A DNA stretch of 64,000 nucleotides from Chrysomallon squamiferum (Eukaryota; Animalia; Mollusca), in assembly GCA_012295275.1 (NCBI GenBank), contig CM022667.1, positions 3,286,001-3,350,000 on the forward strand, written 5' to 3'. Shown here piece by piece: positions 46,024-61,445 of this stretch (position 1 is the stretch's first letter; each line of letters begins with the position of its first letter). The position numbers were made by a program, and so were the translations under genes. The notes beneath the pieces were generated by a model. The model had not been told where the DNA came from. It did not search any database and was given only the letters and a program-made list of their open reading frames with translations.

Positions 46024-46429
46024 TTAACCTACTACCATGCTGTCTATTGTTAACACAAGGTCACAGAATATCCTCAGAACCACCATCTTCAATAACAAGA
46101 TCTTTAAACCAACATCTTCCAACACTGGCTCTTTCTACAGACTTCTAATAAGAACTAAAACAAATTACAGGACCGTTGTAACATCTTTTCTAATTAATCT
46201 GCTAGCTTATATCAATACCAGCGTTCACATCAGCCTCCTGTATGAAGAAACACATGATTTTTGTGTCTGTAATTTATTTAGAAATATTTCAGATATCTCC
46301 TTCACTGAAAACTGAATTATCTGAAGCCATAAAGAATATATTTCGCTGAAGTTAAAAGCAAAAATCCTTGCTAGAAACACAGAACAAAAAGACAGGTTAC
46401 TTCGAGCAGACTTATCGGTAATGTTCCTT

Positions 46430-46915
46430 AGTGTTTATTAATATTATTATCCTGAAAACTTATCACTGGTTATAAATATTATCATCCTGTATAACCTATC
46501 ACTGGTTATTAATATTAATATTATATTACATACATAAATACCACTGGCGATCAGACTGTATACTTATCACTGGTTATTAAATTTATACTGTATACATACC
46601 AATGGCTATTAATATTATACTGTATACTTATCATTGGTTAAAATATTATCCTGTATACTTATTAAAGTTATAGCACTGTAAATGTATCATTGGTTACCAC
46701 TGTTATGGTACTGTTGTATTATTCATCGTTTATTAATGTTATGGTACTGTATATCTTGTTATCAGTATTTATTAACGTTACGGTACTGTATACCTGTGAA
46801 GTTATCAGTATTTATTAACGTTACGGTACTGTATACCTATGAAGTTATCAGTATTTATTAACGTTACGGTACTGTATACCCATGAAGTTATCAGTATTTA
46901 TTAACGTTACGGTAA
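46430..46915. repeat. Degenerate ~30-35-bp array grading into a 43-bp minisatellite (4 copies)
   Basis: GTTATCAGTATTTATTAACGTTACGGTACTGTATACC at 46758, 46801, 46844 and 46887; upstream TATCACTGGTTATTAA..CTGTATAC relics. Confidence 0.88.
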
Positions 46916-48156
46916 TGCTGTACTTATCAATGGCTATTAACGATCAGTGCATCTTTAACATCAGTTTCGCCAGACAGGTGATGATACGAAAATACACCGT
47001 CCTTGTAGCATCTTATACCGTACTCAGTCTCACTCACCTCGCTGTGTATTCAGTCGGTGTTTGATTAGATTAGTCTATATTTAGTAGCAGACCATTCATT
47101 TTAGGAACGACGGGACGCGGGATCGATACTTTTCGGTGCGTCTGTTGAGATCTACGGCGTTCCAGCCAGTACGACTGGTTTTTATCAAGGTCACGTATTC
47201 TTATAATTTTCCCCGAGAAATTCTTGCGAAAGATATGTCGCGTTGTTTGTTAATCGTTATATGCGGGTTACGAATTTTACAAAATTTCAGTACAAAAGTA
47301 TGTGATTAATTATTTTTATTCGTTTATTATAATTATTAAGGGAGAAAAGGGATTTGATGCGCGTGAATTGGTCTTTTACTCGTTACAGTTTTGGTTCTAA
47401 TGCTAATGTATTTGTATATTTTATATAAATTTTTAATTGTTAAATAATTAAAACAGTTATCCATCCATCCATCCATTTTTAATCTAGCTTTCTCTCTGTA
47501 TCAATTTGTCGATCAATATATGTGTCTATCTATCTATCTATCTTATCTGAATAATACACTTCGTCATATAATTATTTTTAGAAATTTATTTACTATTTTA
47601 TTTTAAATAGCATTTGTAAAAATAAAATTAAAAAAAATAAAATAGAATAAGTGAAAAAAAATCTGTCTCTTTGCAAACGACTTGATTTATATTATTCTCC
47701 AATTACTAAGTTAATAGACCTTTCTCCCAGCTTCATTAATTCTGACTGATCGCTGAAAACATTGTAAACTCGGGAATTTCTTGAATAAAAAAAACACAAA
47801 AAACCACACAAAAATACAGCAATTTATTATTATGAATAGGATCGTGCCTGCCGTTAACGAAAGGAACAAAGTCTTCCCAGAAGACTCGGCAGAGAGTTCG
47901 GTACGAGCGGAAAGAGAGACGAAGATGAAGTTTTGTCATGGATACGTGTTCGTGATGTCTGCGAGAGTGGTGCCGCGGGGAATTGTGGGTATCGGTTTAC
48001 CGTATTTGTGCTAATGAGTTGCGTCCGTTGTTATGGAAATTCGTTCTGTGAAATTACGTAAGACGTGGAGCACGCAGCTGGACTTTTCCTTCTGCGTGGA
48101 TGATTCGGATTCGATCCAGAGCCGCTTCGTGATGATTTGTGATGACGACTGATTGA

Positions 48157-48212
<56 letters not shown>

Positions 48213-48287
48213 TGTTTCTATTATTGTTGTTGTTCTTACTGTTCTTCTTGTTCTTATTACTATTGTTCTTTTTATTATTATTATTAT

Positions 48288-48341
<54 letters not shown>

Positions 48342-48613
48342 CAGCAGCAGCAGTAGTAGAAGTAGTAATAGTAGTAGTAGTTGTAGCTGTACTATTGTTA
48401 TTATTATTATTATTACAGTCATACACTGGTTAGGAGTTGGTTTGACGAAAGAGTTAGGAGATGAGTGTGTCAGAAGAATAGTAGATGATTGAGATGAAAT
48501 GGCTGATATCTGATTTAGGAGAGTAATTGATGAAATATTTACGAATATTGTTCATGATCATAAATACTGTATTTACTGAAATACGCAGATGGGAATATAC
48601 ATTATATATATAT

Positions 48614-48644
<31 letters not shown>

Positions 48645-48915
48645 TAGATGGATGGATGGATGTAGAGCAGAGTGTTCAGTGAATGTTATAAGATAAGACA
48701 GGGCGGAGAGAGTGAAGTGAAAGGTGGGAGCAATAAAGGTAGAACCTCTTCACGACCTTCACGTGCAGGCGCCTGGCACGGTTCCAACACGCGAGGCACG
48801 AGACGAAGTCGATGAACTTCCCGCTTGAATCTGTGTGCAAACGTATTCATTATTCAATTAGGCAGCGCTCTCAACATCCCTTGGCAATAGCACCACACCA
48901 AAACAACCAGTTCGT

Positions 48916-48958
<43 letters not shown>

Positions 48959-49156
48959 GCCCCAGAGTCCGCGTCCAGGACTCCCGATCACATTTCACAG
49001 AGTCAGAGACAGAAAATCTCATCTCGAGACGTCGCAGATTTTAAATAGATTTTTTTTTAAACAGTTAAGAGTTTTTACGTGATTGTCTTACTTTCGTTTT
49101 CTGTTCTGGTACTGTTGTTTCTCTCTAAATAATATTATTATCTTATTCCCTTTGAG

Positions 49157-49267
<111 letters not shown>

Positions 49268-49697
49268 TTTAATATGCATGTATATATGTATGTATGTATG
49301 TTTGTGTGCGTATTTCTGTCACATGATCTCTCTGTATTACTCTATATTAATTTTAGACACGTGTGTGTAAGAGTAAGCCAGTGTATATGTTATACCTCTG
49401 TTTCAGTTTAAGCAGTGACTAATGTCTAAACAATGAATTGTTTAGTAACACTTACATTTAACAATTCCACTCATTAGTGAGTCATTTCCTAAATGTTGAA
49501 TGTGAATCAGAACACTTGCGTGAATGTTTTTCACCTTCGTCAGCGCTGAGATGAAGGAGTCCAGAGAGTCAAATATTCACCCAGTTAAAAACAGAACATT
49601 TGTTTTCACTCAGCTTTTACATGACAAAGACTCACGTTGTTTGTTTTCATATACATTATATTTCATATTAAAGAAATAGATGAATAAATATATAAAA

Positions 49698-49752
<55 letters not shown>

Positions 49753-51070
49753 GTCAATATTTTAATATATTTTTAAGATACCCAGTTAATGATCATTGAT
49801 TAGAATGTGGAAAACAATCTAACAGGTTTACACAGATCCCACTGTAACTCCAACCAATTCCCTCAACTTAGCACAAAAATGTTACATATTAAATGTAATT
49901 GAAAAATAAACCGGTTTTTTCTGGTTAAACTTTTAACTTCTGGAAAAATAATTTTTACATTAGTAATAATCTAGCCATGCAATCTTTAACTGCTGTTGGC
50001 GAAACGGTATTTCGTTCTTTCTTTCCGTTTTTGTTAATTAAAAATATGTATTTTCCAGATTATGCCAGACGTCTGCAAATGATGAGTGCGGAACTATGAA
50101 TCCCCGTATTCAGCCGAAATCAATCTCAGTGTTACTGCAGCCGACCAGACTGGGGAAGTTAACAAATAATGCCTCAAGATGATTTAGCTTTATCAGCACA
50201 ATAATGATAACCACACGACAAATCACACAGCCTCTCTTTCATTCTTATCATGGCGGCTGCTGCACTTGACTACAACGACTTCACATCTCAAGAGACGTCG
50301 TCGTGATAGCAGACGTAACAGATAATGGGGAAAACTATTTAACAAAAAGACGATGAGACAGACGGTGTAGTTGTTGGAAGTTAAACAGTGCTGTGGTTTA
50401 GAAGGAGGAAGTAGTTTGTAGTTCATATTCAATTGTGGTACTTGTGCACTTTTTTCTTCTTTTTTTTTTGGCGTTTTTTTGTTTTTTGTTTTTCGTGCAT
50501 GTAATAAAGATTAGTTTAACTATTACAGTTATGCAGATTGATACTTTCAGAATGTATAAAGATATATAATGACATTCCCAGAATACATATTTGCATGAGA
50601 TGACTGTATGCACATATAAGTGTACATACATACGTACATACGTACATACATATATACATACATACTCATACATATATACATACATACTCATACATATATA
50701 CATACAGACAGACATACATAGAGAGAGAGAGAGAAAGAGCGAGCGAGGAGAGACACACACAAACACACACTCACACACACTCACACTCAAACACACTCAC
50801 ACTCAACACACACACAAACACACAAATACACCCAATAATTGTAAAATATTGTTTCGTGTATTACAGAAAATAGAGAGTGTTTTAAATTTTAGGTATCAGG
50901 TTCTGTCTAATTGTTATTGTTAGTATTTACAGAGAAGAGATAAGAATAATATTGTATTTTACCCCTTACATGATTTCCTCGTTTATCTAGCATGAAACTG
51001 TTAGTGTGTTAGAAAGAGTAGAGTGTGTATTACCTGTAATCTTTATCTGATAAACTGTTTTTCAGTACAC

Positions 51071-51308
51071 TGTTAGAAATATCAGAAAGTACATATTATC
51101 AGAAAGTACAATTTAGCCAAGAGTTTGGTTTTTAATACCCTGTTAGAATGTTAGAAATATCAGAAAGTACATATTATCAGAAAGTACAATTTAGCCAAGA
51201 GTTGGTTTTTAATACCCTGTTAGTATGTTAGAAATATCAGAAAGTACATATTATCTTTACACTTTAGCTAAGAGTTTGGTTTTAAATACCCTGTTAGTAT
51301 GTTAGAAC
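51071..51308. repeat. ~77-bp tandem repeat, 3 copies
   Basis: TGTTAGAAATATCAGAAAGTACATATTATC... at 51071, 51149 and 51226. Confidence 0.9.
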
Positions 51309-52414
51309 TGACAGAGTGTATTATCTTTTCCATACAGCGTTAGTATGTTAGCGTTCTTAAAAACTTTACTAATTCCCACAGAAGCCGATACCGAGACGCG
51401 ATAACACTATCTACGGTTCCTAAAACTAGCGACTCAGCCGTTTCTTTCATGCTTCGCCGAGTTTGATCTGGAAAGCTAACTGTGTGCTTGCACGCGAAAT
51501 CAGTGCGCTAGGAAATTACTATCTGCGCCATTAACTGTGTTCCATTCTGGTTACCATCAACGTCTTCGCTAAGGTAGCCGAAATTAGGCCTTCGGTTACC
51601 GCTTTAAACGAATTTGCGGTACTTTACGATGTTTAAGGCTCGAATAAATACAAGACTGGAAGAAGAAGAAGAAGAAGAAGGTTAATTTCGGAAAGTTGGA
51701 AAAAAAAAAAAAAAAATCTCTGGTGTTTTGTTTACATTAATATAAAGTGCACTTGATAACTCGTTCCGTGGTCGGTGCAGCCGGAAGTTACTATGTTTAT
51801 GACTTCCGGTACCTTACACTTTCCAACGTTCTTAAATGTTTTAAGAGTCACCTGTTAAACACTTTATTGGACGTCACGATTTCCGTTCCTTAGATAATGA
51901 TAATTATCTAACCACTTTCTCCTTAGCAAAATAAAAAAAATAAAAATAAAATAATAAAATGTCAAAATCTTCCGCTCAGATACAAATCATGCACACGTAT
52001 TTTCTTTCTCTGTAATACACACACAATCACACACAACAACCAAACAAGCAAATTATGATATAAGTATTACCCAATACGCTTTTAATATTGTTCTTTTTCT
52101 CCTTTTTATTTATTTTTTCCTATGCCAATATCTTCAGAAATGTATATATATATTTATAATATGTGATGAAATCATTAAAAACAAACAAAAATAAATAAAA
52201 CATTTTCCAGCATCCTTGAAGTAATTAACAATTTAATTCCTATAATCACAACATTAATCATCATCTGCCTCGATTTCTTGGATTACTTAAAACAAAATGA
52301 AATGCAGTAAAACATTCGCTAGTTTTACAATTACTCCCAGCTATGTCCGCCATATTAATTACCAGAATTATTAGGAAGGGGCTTCGGGGGAGAAAAAGAT
52401 CTCTCTGCTCAGCT

Positions 52415-52535
52415 GCCCGGTGGTCACGTGACCTAGCACGTGATCTTCTGCTGGACGCGAATTAAGGAGGACTCGCCATCGGCAGTGCACTGGCAACGTT
52501 GACTCGAGCATGGCATTGCCATGGAAACCGGTTAA
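52415..52535. promoter_or_regulatory. E-box pair plus X-box-like site in a GC-rich intronic island
   Basis: GGTCACGTGACC at 52422-52433, a second CACGTG at 52437, and ATTGCCATGGAAAC at 52515-52528. Confidence 0.45.
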
Positions 52536-53122
52536 TCATTATACCTGTTTCTCATTAGTTCCACCACTAGAGAGCGCGCGCGTGTGTCCTATTTTTCTCC
52601 GGTACCTTGGCAGTTTGTCGGTGAAACTATTCGCCAACTGCGAAGCACATTTACAAGCGTGTATCTCCCGTTCGGCCTTGTTAATAACAGTGCTTTTTGT
52701 TTGTCTTCCCTTTTCGCCTGTTGTTGTTTCGTTGTTTTACTTCACTCTGTGAGTAAATATAATCTATCCACGCTCGCTGGCTTTACGCAGAGGTGGGAGA
52801 AAATAAATCGATACGACATGTAAACATCAAATTAATTTCTCCTCGTCCGCACATGTTCGTATTAATTATTGTGTAACTGGTGGATTCGGCTGGTGGAGCC
52901 ACGTAGCCAAGTCACGTTGTTGGGTTTTTTTTTTTTTTTTTTTTTCTGCAGTTTAGTACGTTTTCGTCGACTGGTCCCTTGTCATCGCATAACGAAGCCA
53001 GCTCGGAACATCGATTGGCGACGTGATTATTCTAGAAAAATCGGTCTTCGCGTTTTCGTTCCGGGTCATTCTAACCATACGTTAAAATTGTCTCCAGTGA
53101 TTCTTTTTATTTTTATTAGTAT

Positions 53123-53159
<37 letters not shown>

Positions 53160-53461
53160 GATAGATACATTAGGTATAATATTATAGATATATCAATAGA
53201 TCCCTCAGTCAGTCAGTATTACACAAATAAAATGTACAAATACATGCACAGAAAAATATACTGAGTGGATATCAGAATCAACCCTACGCATCAAAAGTTG
53301 TTTTGTTTTTAATTTTTCAGTTTCTTTCTTTTTTCTTCTTAAGTTATTTGCCAAGTATATATAATTATATTGCTTGTCAGAATATTTAGAAAACAGAGGA
53401 GAGAATCTAGTTTTATAATTCACAGTATAACCAGGAATAGTTGTACTCCTAAAACACGACA

Positions 53462-53516
<55 letters not shown>

Positions 53517-54007
53517 TATATATTTATACACATACATAAAGAGAAATTTACAGTCATCAAATCACGAAGTATATATATTAGGATCTATCAATCAGGTCAC
53601 AGAAAAACGTGTTCAGCTGTCGCCTCACAGAACACAAAGCAGATTAACAATATTATCCTAAAAATCCTAAATAATAAAAACAAAATTAATGATTGGAGAG
53701 AAAAAAAAAAACGAGAAATCTTTATAAATAAACTAAACATCAAAGTCCATTACTTACTTTGACAATTCCTAGTTCGTATGCAAAAATTAATTATCTACTG
53801 GGATATTTCCCAATCATGCTATTGTTCCTATGAACGGTGGTGGTATTAATTTTCCGGTCTGTGGGGAGGTGCTTATAAAAAGATTTCTTGCCGCTTGAAA
53901 AAATAAAAATAGTAGCCAGTGGGTGAATGGCATCGGATTTCGCTGTTTACTACAAATCTTCACTTTGTACTTGATAAACAGCCACCGAATATCGGTTAAC
54001 ATTGACA

Positions 54008-54383
54008 TTGTATTGTATTGTACTGTACTGTATTGTATCTCATTGTATTGTATTGTGTGGTGTGTTGTGTTGTATTGTTTTGCATTATATTGTATTGTGT
54101 TGTGTTGTGTTGTTTTGCATTGTATTGCGTTGTATTGTGTTGTATTGTATTGTATTATAGTTATATTACATTACATTACATTTTAAGTTCACACAGAAAC
54201 CTGATAACAGACAAAAATCCATTTCAGAAAAACTAAAATATATCATATGTATGATTAAAATAATAATAATAATAATATAATAATAATAATAATAATAATA
54301 ACAATAATAATAATCATCATAATCATAATAATCATAATCATAATCATAATAATCATAATCATAATCATAATCATAATCATAAC

Positions 54384-54419
<36 letters not shown>

Positions 54420-54455
54420 CAAAATAATCATAATAATAATAATAATAATAATAAA
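54008..54455. repeat. (TGTAT/TGTGT)n pentamer followed by (AAT/AATCAT)n simple repeats
   Basis: Direct reading. Confidence 0.9.
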
Positions 54456-54558
54456 CTAAAAACATTGAAAAATCTTTTTACATCTTTTACGAATGGCGAT
54501 ACGGCCTTAAACAAGAAACTTTATAAGTAAACTTTCTACTTTAGTTTTCTCTGTCTTT

Positions 54559-54591
<33 letters not shown>

Positions 54592-54623
54592 GTCTAGCTG
54601 TCTATTTCTCTATTAACCTACCA

Positions 54624-54708
<85 letters not shown>

Positions 54709-57274
54709 GACTTTCTTAAACTGACAAATCTGAAGGACATCGAACTTTATAAATTATTGGGAAAACATCGATTTCCAGACTGTGTAGGGTTATTTTTATC
54801 CTAACTTGCGAACCGTAAACAGTTCAATACTGAAAGATGCAAACACGACATTTGTGTCTGTAACATCTGAAAGAGCGAGGGCAGAACTCAGAGAGCCCGG
54901 GGGGAGGGGCAAAAAAACAACAACAAAAAAGCAGAAGAAGAAGAAGAAAATGATAAGGTCCTTTGCATTATTATTTTTAAATCAAATATGCAAGTTTCTT
55001 TTTGAACTATTAGCCTGTTGTTGTCACTGACGCTGTCGATGTTAAAGCGGTAGTAGCTGATGATCATGATTGTGAAAATAATAACCCAAATCATCATTAT
55101 GATGTTGCTGTTGGAGTGGTTATTATTATTGTTGTTGTTGTAGTTATTATTGTCATCATCATTTATAATTATTGTTTTTGTTGTAATTATTATTATTGCT
55201 ACTGTTATTGTTCTTGCTGTCGTTTTCGTTGCTGTTATGACACTATCTGTACTTACCAGTTGGTGTAAATTACGTTTTATTCCATCTTTTCTCAGAACTC
55301 TTGAAAACATCATCCCCCCCCACTAGAATTACTTCCTGGTCCTCCCTAGCTGCCATATGTGCATTTTATACTTTGTACGCTAATGAAGAAATCTGAATGA
55401 TTAACATGAAAATGGAACCTGTGAAAAGTTTGTTAAAAGGACTGACATACCCACAGCTGTGACAACCTATTCATCTTGCTGAAAACAGATTTTACGATAA
55501 TTCATCATACACACACACACACAGACACATATATATACATATATACACACACATACATTTATATATTTGTACCTACATATACACATACACATACAAATTA
55601 AGTTCTAATGATTTTATTATTTTAATCGCAGACATATTTAAACACACACACCTACACACAACATAAAAAAGACATACATTATATATTAACGAACACAACC
55701 ACACACAGACACATATATACATATACATATGAACGTAAATATATATTATACCGTTCACACTTAATTAAATATACATAATCACACACACTCACCAAAACAT
55801 TCACACATACACATACATACTGAGAAATTCTAATGATAAAACATCCAGGCTTAATTTCAGTAATCCATTAGAAATTTAGATCTTTATGTGTGTGTGTCTT
55901 TGTTTGTGTATATCTATGTGTATATACACACACACACACAAATATGTTAAAACGATTGGTTAAAAAATAATAATAATCACTAGAAAAAAACTGTAGGCCT
56001 TTATGCTATGTGTTATGAATCCACGCAGAAACCTTCTAATAACAAGCAAACAAAACAAAATAATAAATAAATAAATAAATAAATAGATAGATAAATAGAT
56101 AAATAAAATGTAAGAGATAACAAATCTAAGAAATTACTGTTACGTTAATTTTCAAGTGCTTTGTTATATGGCTAATACTGACTACTGAACAGCTCAGTAA
56201 TTATATCGAATCTATCTTGTAGACAGTTTTATGAAAGAATTTTCAGCAACTCGTAAAATCTATACGTACCTACACACATACACACACCATTCATTAAAAG
56301 TGATCCGCAATTTAAACGAATCATAATTTCTTATTTTAATCTAACTAGTTGGTTGTTTTTTGTTTGTTTTTTTAATTATCATAAACCTGATTTTGGTTTA
56401 TTTTTCAATGTATGTATATATATAATGTTTCTTTAATGGTAAACATAAATAATCGCGTCGACATAATAAAATGTAATAAAAACGCAACGGAATACAAAGT
56501 TAACCTTAGTATGACTATTCTTTCAGCTGTTCCTGTAAATCATGAACAATGTCGCCGATCGACTGCCTTTAATGAAAACTGATATCTGTTTTAATCGGAC
56601 AAATAATCGAATCGTTTTATCTCTTCTTCATACATGTTTCAGGGCGTATTTTAATTGCATCAAAGCCATTTCCCACTCTCTTTTTTCACTGACAAATGTC
56701 TTAATAAATCTAACAGACAACTGTACTGTTAAATGGAAAAGTCTTCGTTTTAAAACTTGTACTTTTTTGTACTTTAAAAATATATGCTTCACACATACAT
56801 ACATACATACATACATACATACATACATACGTACATACATACATACATATATTATTACTATTATTTACTTATTTATTCATTTATTTATTCATTTATTTAT
56901 CTATTAAATTCATTATTATAAAAATTTTAATATATTTCTTCATATCCCTGAATGCATATAACCTGAAACCCCATCACTGAATCTAGTAACATTATTGTTT
57001 TTTAAAAAAAATCTTCCTCTTTCGTGCAGGCAAGAAAAAGAAGATGTACGTAACAGAAACCGGAAGATAACCTATGGCAGATAGAAACCGCGAACGGACG
57101 TATCTTGAGCAGTAACCTTTACAAATAAAAAAGGAAACGATTTTACAGTGAAGCGGGCGTTCACCGTTGACTGACGTTTCAAACTGTATACAACTTAACT
57201 GTATACAACTTGCCCTTTCACATCACAGCCCAGTTTACCGTATATTACCTGCTTCTGTCGTTCGTATTTAAATA

Positions 57275-57332
<58 letters not shown>

Positions 57333-57380
57333 GTTCTTTTTACTGTTTTTCGTATTAACATTTATACCACTCTTTCTCTT

Positions 57381-57456
<76 letters not shown>

Positions 57457-57612
57457 TGTATTTATTTTCTTTCTTTCTTCTTTTACTTTTTTGTATTGTA
57501 TTAACAATTATACCAGTTATAGGTAACTCATACAGACTTACAGTTTTAAACCAGTTTAATTTTAAATAAAAGTAAATAGATAAAAATAAGAAACTTTTGA
57601 GAATAGTCATTT

Positions 57613-57737
<125 letters not shown>

Positions 57738-58604
57738 GTTGATAATTTTTAACAAATTTTCCATACAACCGGTAATAATATATAACTACAGTTGTTATTT
57801 TTGTCGTTGTTGGTGTTACTGCGAATGATTATGATGCACTACTAATTTGTATTTGCTGAATTGATAGTGTCATAATCTAATGACTTCCAAACGAAAAATA
57901 TTATTTTGAATATAATAGTGTTTCGTTTGTTTGTTTGTTCCTTTAACAATTTATATATGTGTATATATATATATTTGATTACCACTACGTGACAACTACT
58001 AGAGAGAAAAGACTAATGATAATGTAATAAATGTTTATATGTTTTCTGTACCATCAAAAAGCACAATCAATAACAGCAGCTGCGGTTTCAACAACAACAA
58101 CGTCGTCATCATCATCATCGTCAAACAATAATAATAAAAACTACAATAACAAGAACAGCAGTAATAGCAGAACACGCAGTAGAAGTAATAGTAGTTGTAG
58201 CAGAGATAATAGTATTATTATTAATAAATCATAATATATCATTAATAATAATAATGATGATGATGATGATGATGATAACAGTAATAATGATAATAATAAT
58301 GATAACAATAATGACAATAATTAGAAGACGAAGAATATTAGAAGGACATATATTTGGATTACCTAAAATAATTATCTTTATTATACATACTCTACCCTGA
58401 GGTTTGGAAAGCACCACCTTAATAAGCACAGATTTGTAATTAGGACTAATTAATCATAGCGCGCGCGCGCGAGCCGCTACCTCGAGACCTACGTTTGGTC
58501 GTGAAAAAGAGTATTAGCAAAGTTATTGATTGGTTTGCTCTTATTGACAATAACACGCACATCTTGTTTCTGTGGGCAATTTGCAAAACGTGAGACAGCG
58601 TCAG

Positions 58605-58640
<36 letters not shown>

Positions 58641-58896
58641 CATAAACACACTCGCACGCACACAAACGTTTATCAAAATGTTTATATATAAACTGAGAAA
58701 TACGTGTGTGTGTGTGTGTGTATGTTCATATATATATATATATATATTATATATTAAAAAAACACGTGTGTACACACACGAACACACAACCAGATATATA
58801 CATTATACATATATTTATATAAGGCTATTAAAATGAAGAAAACAAAATGATACGATGCTTTACCCATCCATAATAACTTATTTAATGTTTGTGCAC

Positions 58897-59082
58897 TAGG
58901 AAACATGTGCTAATTATGTCATGTTTGCCATTAAAACGTGGATTTCGATATATTTGTAGTAATTTACTAAGTAACATAGATAAATGTAGGAAACATGTGC
59001 TAATTATGTCATGTTTGTCATTAAAAATGGATTTCGATATATTTGTAGTAATTTACTAAGTAACATAGATAAATGTAGGAAA
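58897..59082. repeat. 90-bp tandem duplication near the exon 1 donor
   Basis: TAGGAAACATGTGCTAATTATGTCATGTTTG... at 58897 and 58987. Confidence 0.92.
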
Positions 59083-59172
59083 TTTGACATAAGTTTAAAG
59101 AACTAAAAATAATATTTTCCAAACGTCAGACATGTTTGAATAAAATGCTTGTTTCTTTGTTTAGCAATGGTA

Positions 59173-59214
<42 letters not shown>

Positions 59215-59366
59215 AATGTTAAAGTCTGAATGTGTGCATGTACGTGTTTGTGTTGGTGTGTACGTGTGTGGGGATGTGTGGGTGTGGTCTTCATCATCAG
59301 CCAAATAAAATGTAATATATTTTTTCCCAAATGTTTTTTTTTTTTTTTTTTTTTCTGGGTTTTTTA

Positions 59367-59771
<405 letters not shown>

Positions 59772-61100
59772 CTAGAATGCGTGCCTCGCTACCAACATTT
59801 ACCTTGCAAAAACGTGGATCCTCGTTTAGTTTGGCGTGTATTGAAAAAGACTGTCCTGGTTTGAGGCTTGCTTCCTTCCGAACGACTCGGGTCACATGCT
59901 GGCAGTGTGAAGACTGCCAGAGGAAATCAGCCAAAATGTGCGAAACTCCGTTATCCAGAAACTAGTTCCGATCATTTCCCAAATTTTTAAAAGAAGAACC
60001 TTCATGAAAAAAAATTAAATATAAAACCACACGATCGATTATCGAAAAGGCGAAGCCTCAGGCGAAAGAAAGATTAAATCCAGTTATACCTTTAGTTATC
60101 CTCTTTCTCTCTCTCTCTCTCTTTCTCTTTTTTTTTCTATCTTTCTTTTTCTTATTTCCACCAAATAAATAAGATAATGATAAATAACAATAATGATAAA
60201 AATTATTTTCACGTATTCTTTTTATATATATATAATATATACATATATATTACTTATTATTACTACTACAAAATCTTCCTTCACATCCGTTTTTGAAAAA
60301 TGGAAGAAAAACGCTGGTAATGATGATCACTCTCCTCTTTTATGACCTCGCTGTACAGTTCCAGAGTAGCAGAAAGATGTCTGTGCATCACGTCGCTCGG
60401 AACAGCTGGTCGGCCATTAGTAACAACCGTCATCCACCGCTCGCCGAACGCAGGAATGAAACTAACGTGTTGATGAGGCAGGCGACTGTCAACAGACGGT
60501 CCTCGCAAACTTCGCTGAGTGTCGCAGACGACAACACACACACACACGCGCACACCGACATACACCGAAACCCAGGTGCGGTTTTTTTTTTTTTTATAGC
60601 GGTGTGCGGCGATTTCTAAGAATGTCAAATCCTTACCCACACTATAGTGCTCTTCCCACCTCGACCCGACTCCGAAAATTGCTGTTTGGTCGGCCCCGAA
60701 TTTTGGCCCCGGTTGGTGGCAGAATTAATCATTATTCCATTAAATGACATGTACGGGGCTACAACACGAAATACTTCAACAGCAGGCCAGGCAAATAAAT
60801 TATGCGAGAACGTCGGCCATACAGGTTTTCCGCAGAATCGTTTGGCTCCCCATATAAGGAGGCGCGTTCCTATTGGGCAGACGGCTTCACAGGCAGAAGC
60901 GAGCAACGTGAGACAATTGTATGTTATTTCAGCGCGTTCGGCTGCTCTCGGAACCGCGAGTTGTATAACTCGTCTATCCTCGGATGTGTTCGGAAGACAA
61001 AGTCGAGTATACCAGATGGTATCACGACGCGGATGATCGCTTCGGTGGAAACAGAATCAATAACTGTTTTTACATTACAGTGCAGCGTTCGCGTTTTACG
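59772..61100 (-). promoter_or_regulatory. Probable 5'UTR/promoter region, possibly with a non-coding first exon
   Basis: CpG/GC-richer block (about 60300-61100) upstream of the ATG within AT-rich flanks; consensus-like donor GG|GTAAGG with GT at 60636-60635. The TSS cannot be located from sequence. Confidence 0.4.
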
Positions 61101-61445
61101 TGTGTGATGTTTCAGAGCCGTTTATTTATTTATTCCTTTATTTGTTTGTTTCGTTATTTGTTTGTTTGTCTAACTATCTATCTGTTTATTTATTTATTCG
61201 GTTATTTATTTATCAAATTTAATTTTGAGTACAGGAATCGATAACTGTTTTTAACATTTCAGGACAGCTTTCTTGTTTCGTGTTTTATATATATATATAT
61301 ATATATGTGCGATGTTATAGAGAGCCGTTTGTTTATTTGTTTGTTTGTTTGTTTAACTATCTATCTGTTTATTTATTCATTTATTTATCAAATTTAATTT
61401 TAAGTACAGGAATCAATAATGTTTAAACATTTCAGTACAGCTTTT
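61030..61445. repeat. Degenerate ~180-200-bp tandem repeat upstream of the gene
   Basis: Recurrent ACAG(G)AATCRATAACTGTTTTTA.CATT, AGAGCCGTTT and TAACTATCTATCTGTTTATTTATT blocks. Confidence 0.7.

Noticed and set aside
60281-61107. Overlapping 90-130-aa ORFs upstream of JPH as a separate gene
   Set aside because: They occur on both strands in a GC-richer promoter-like block and show no protein-family features.
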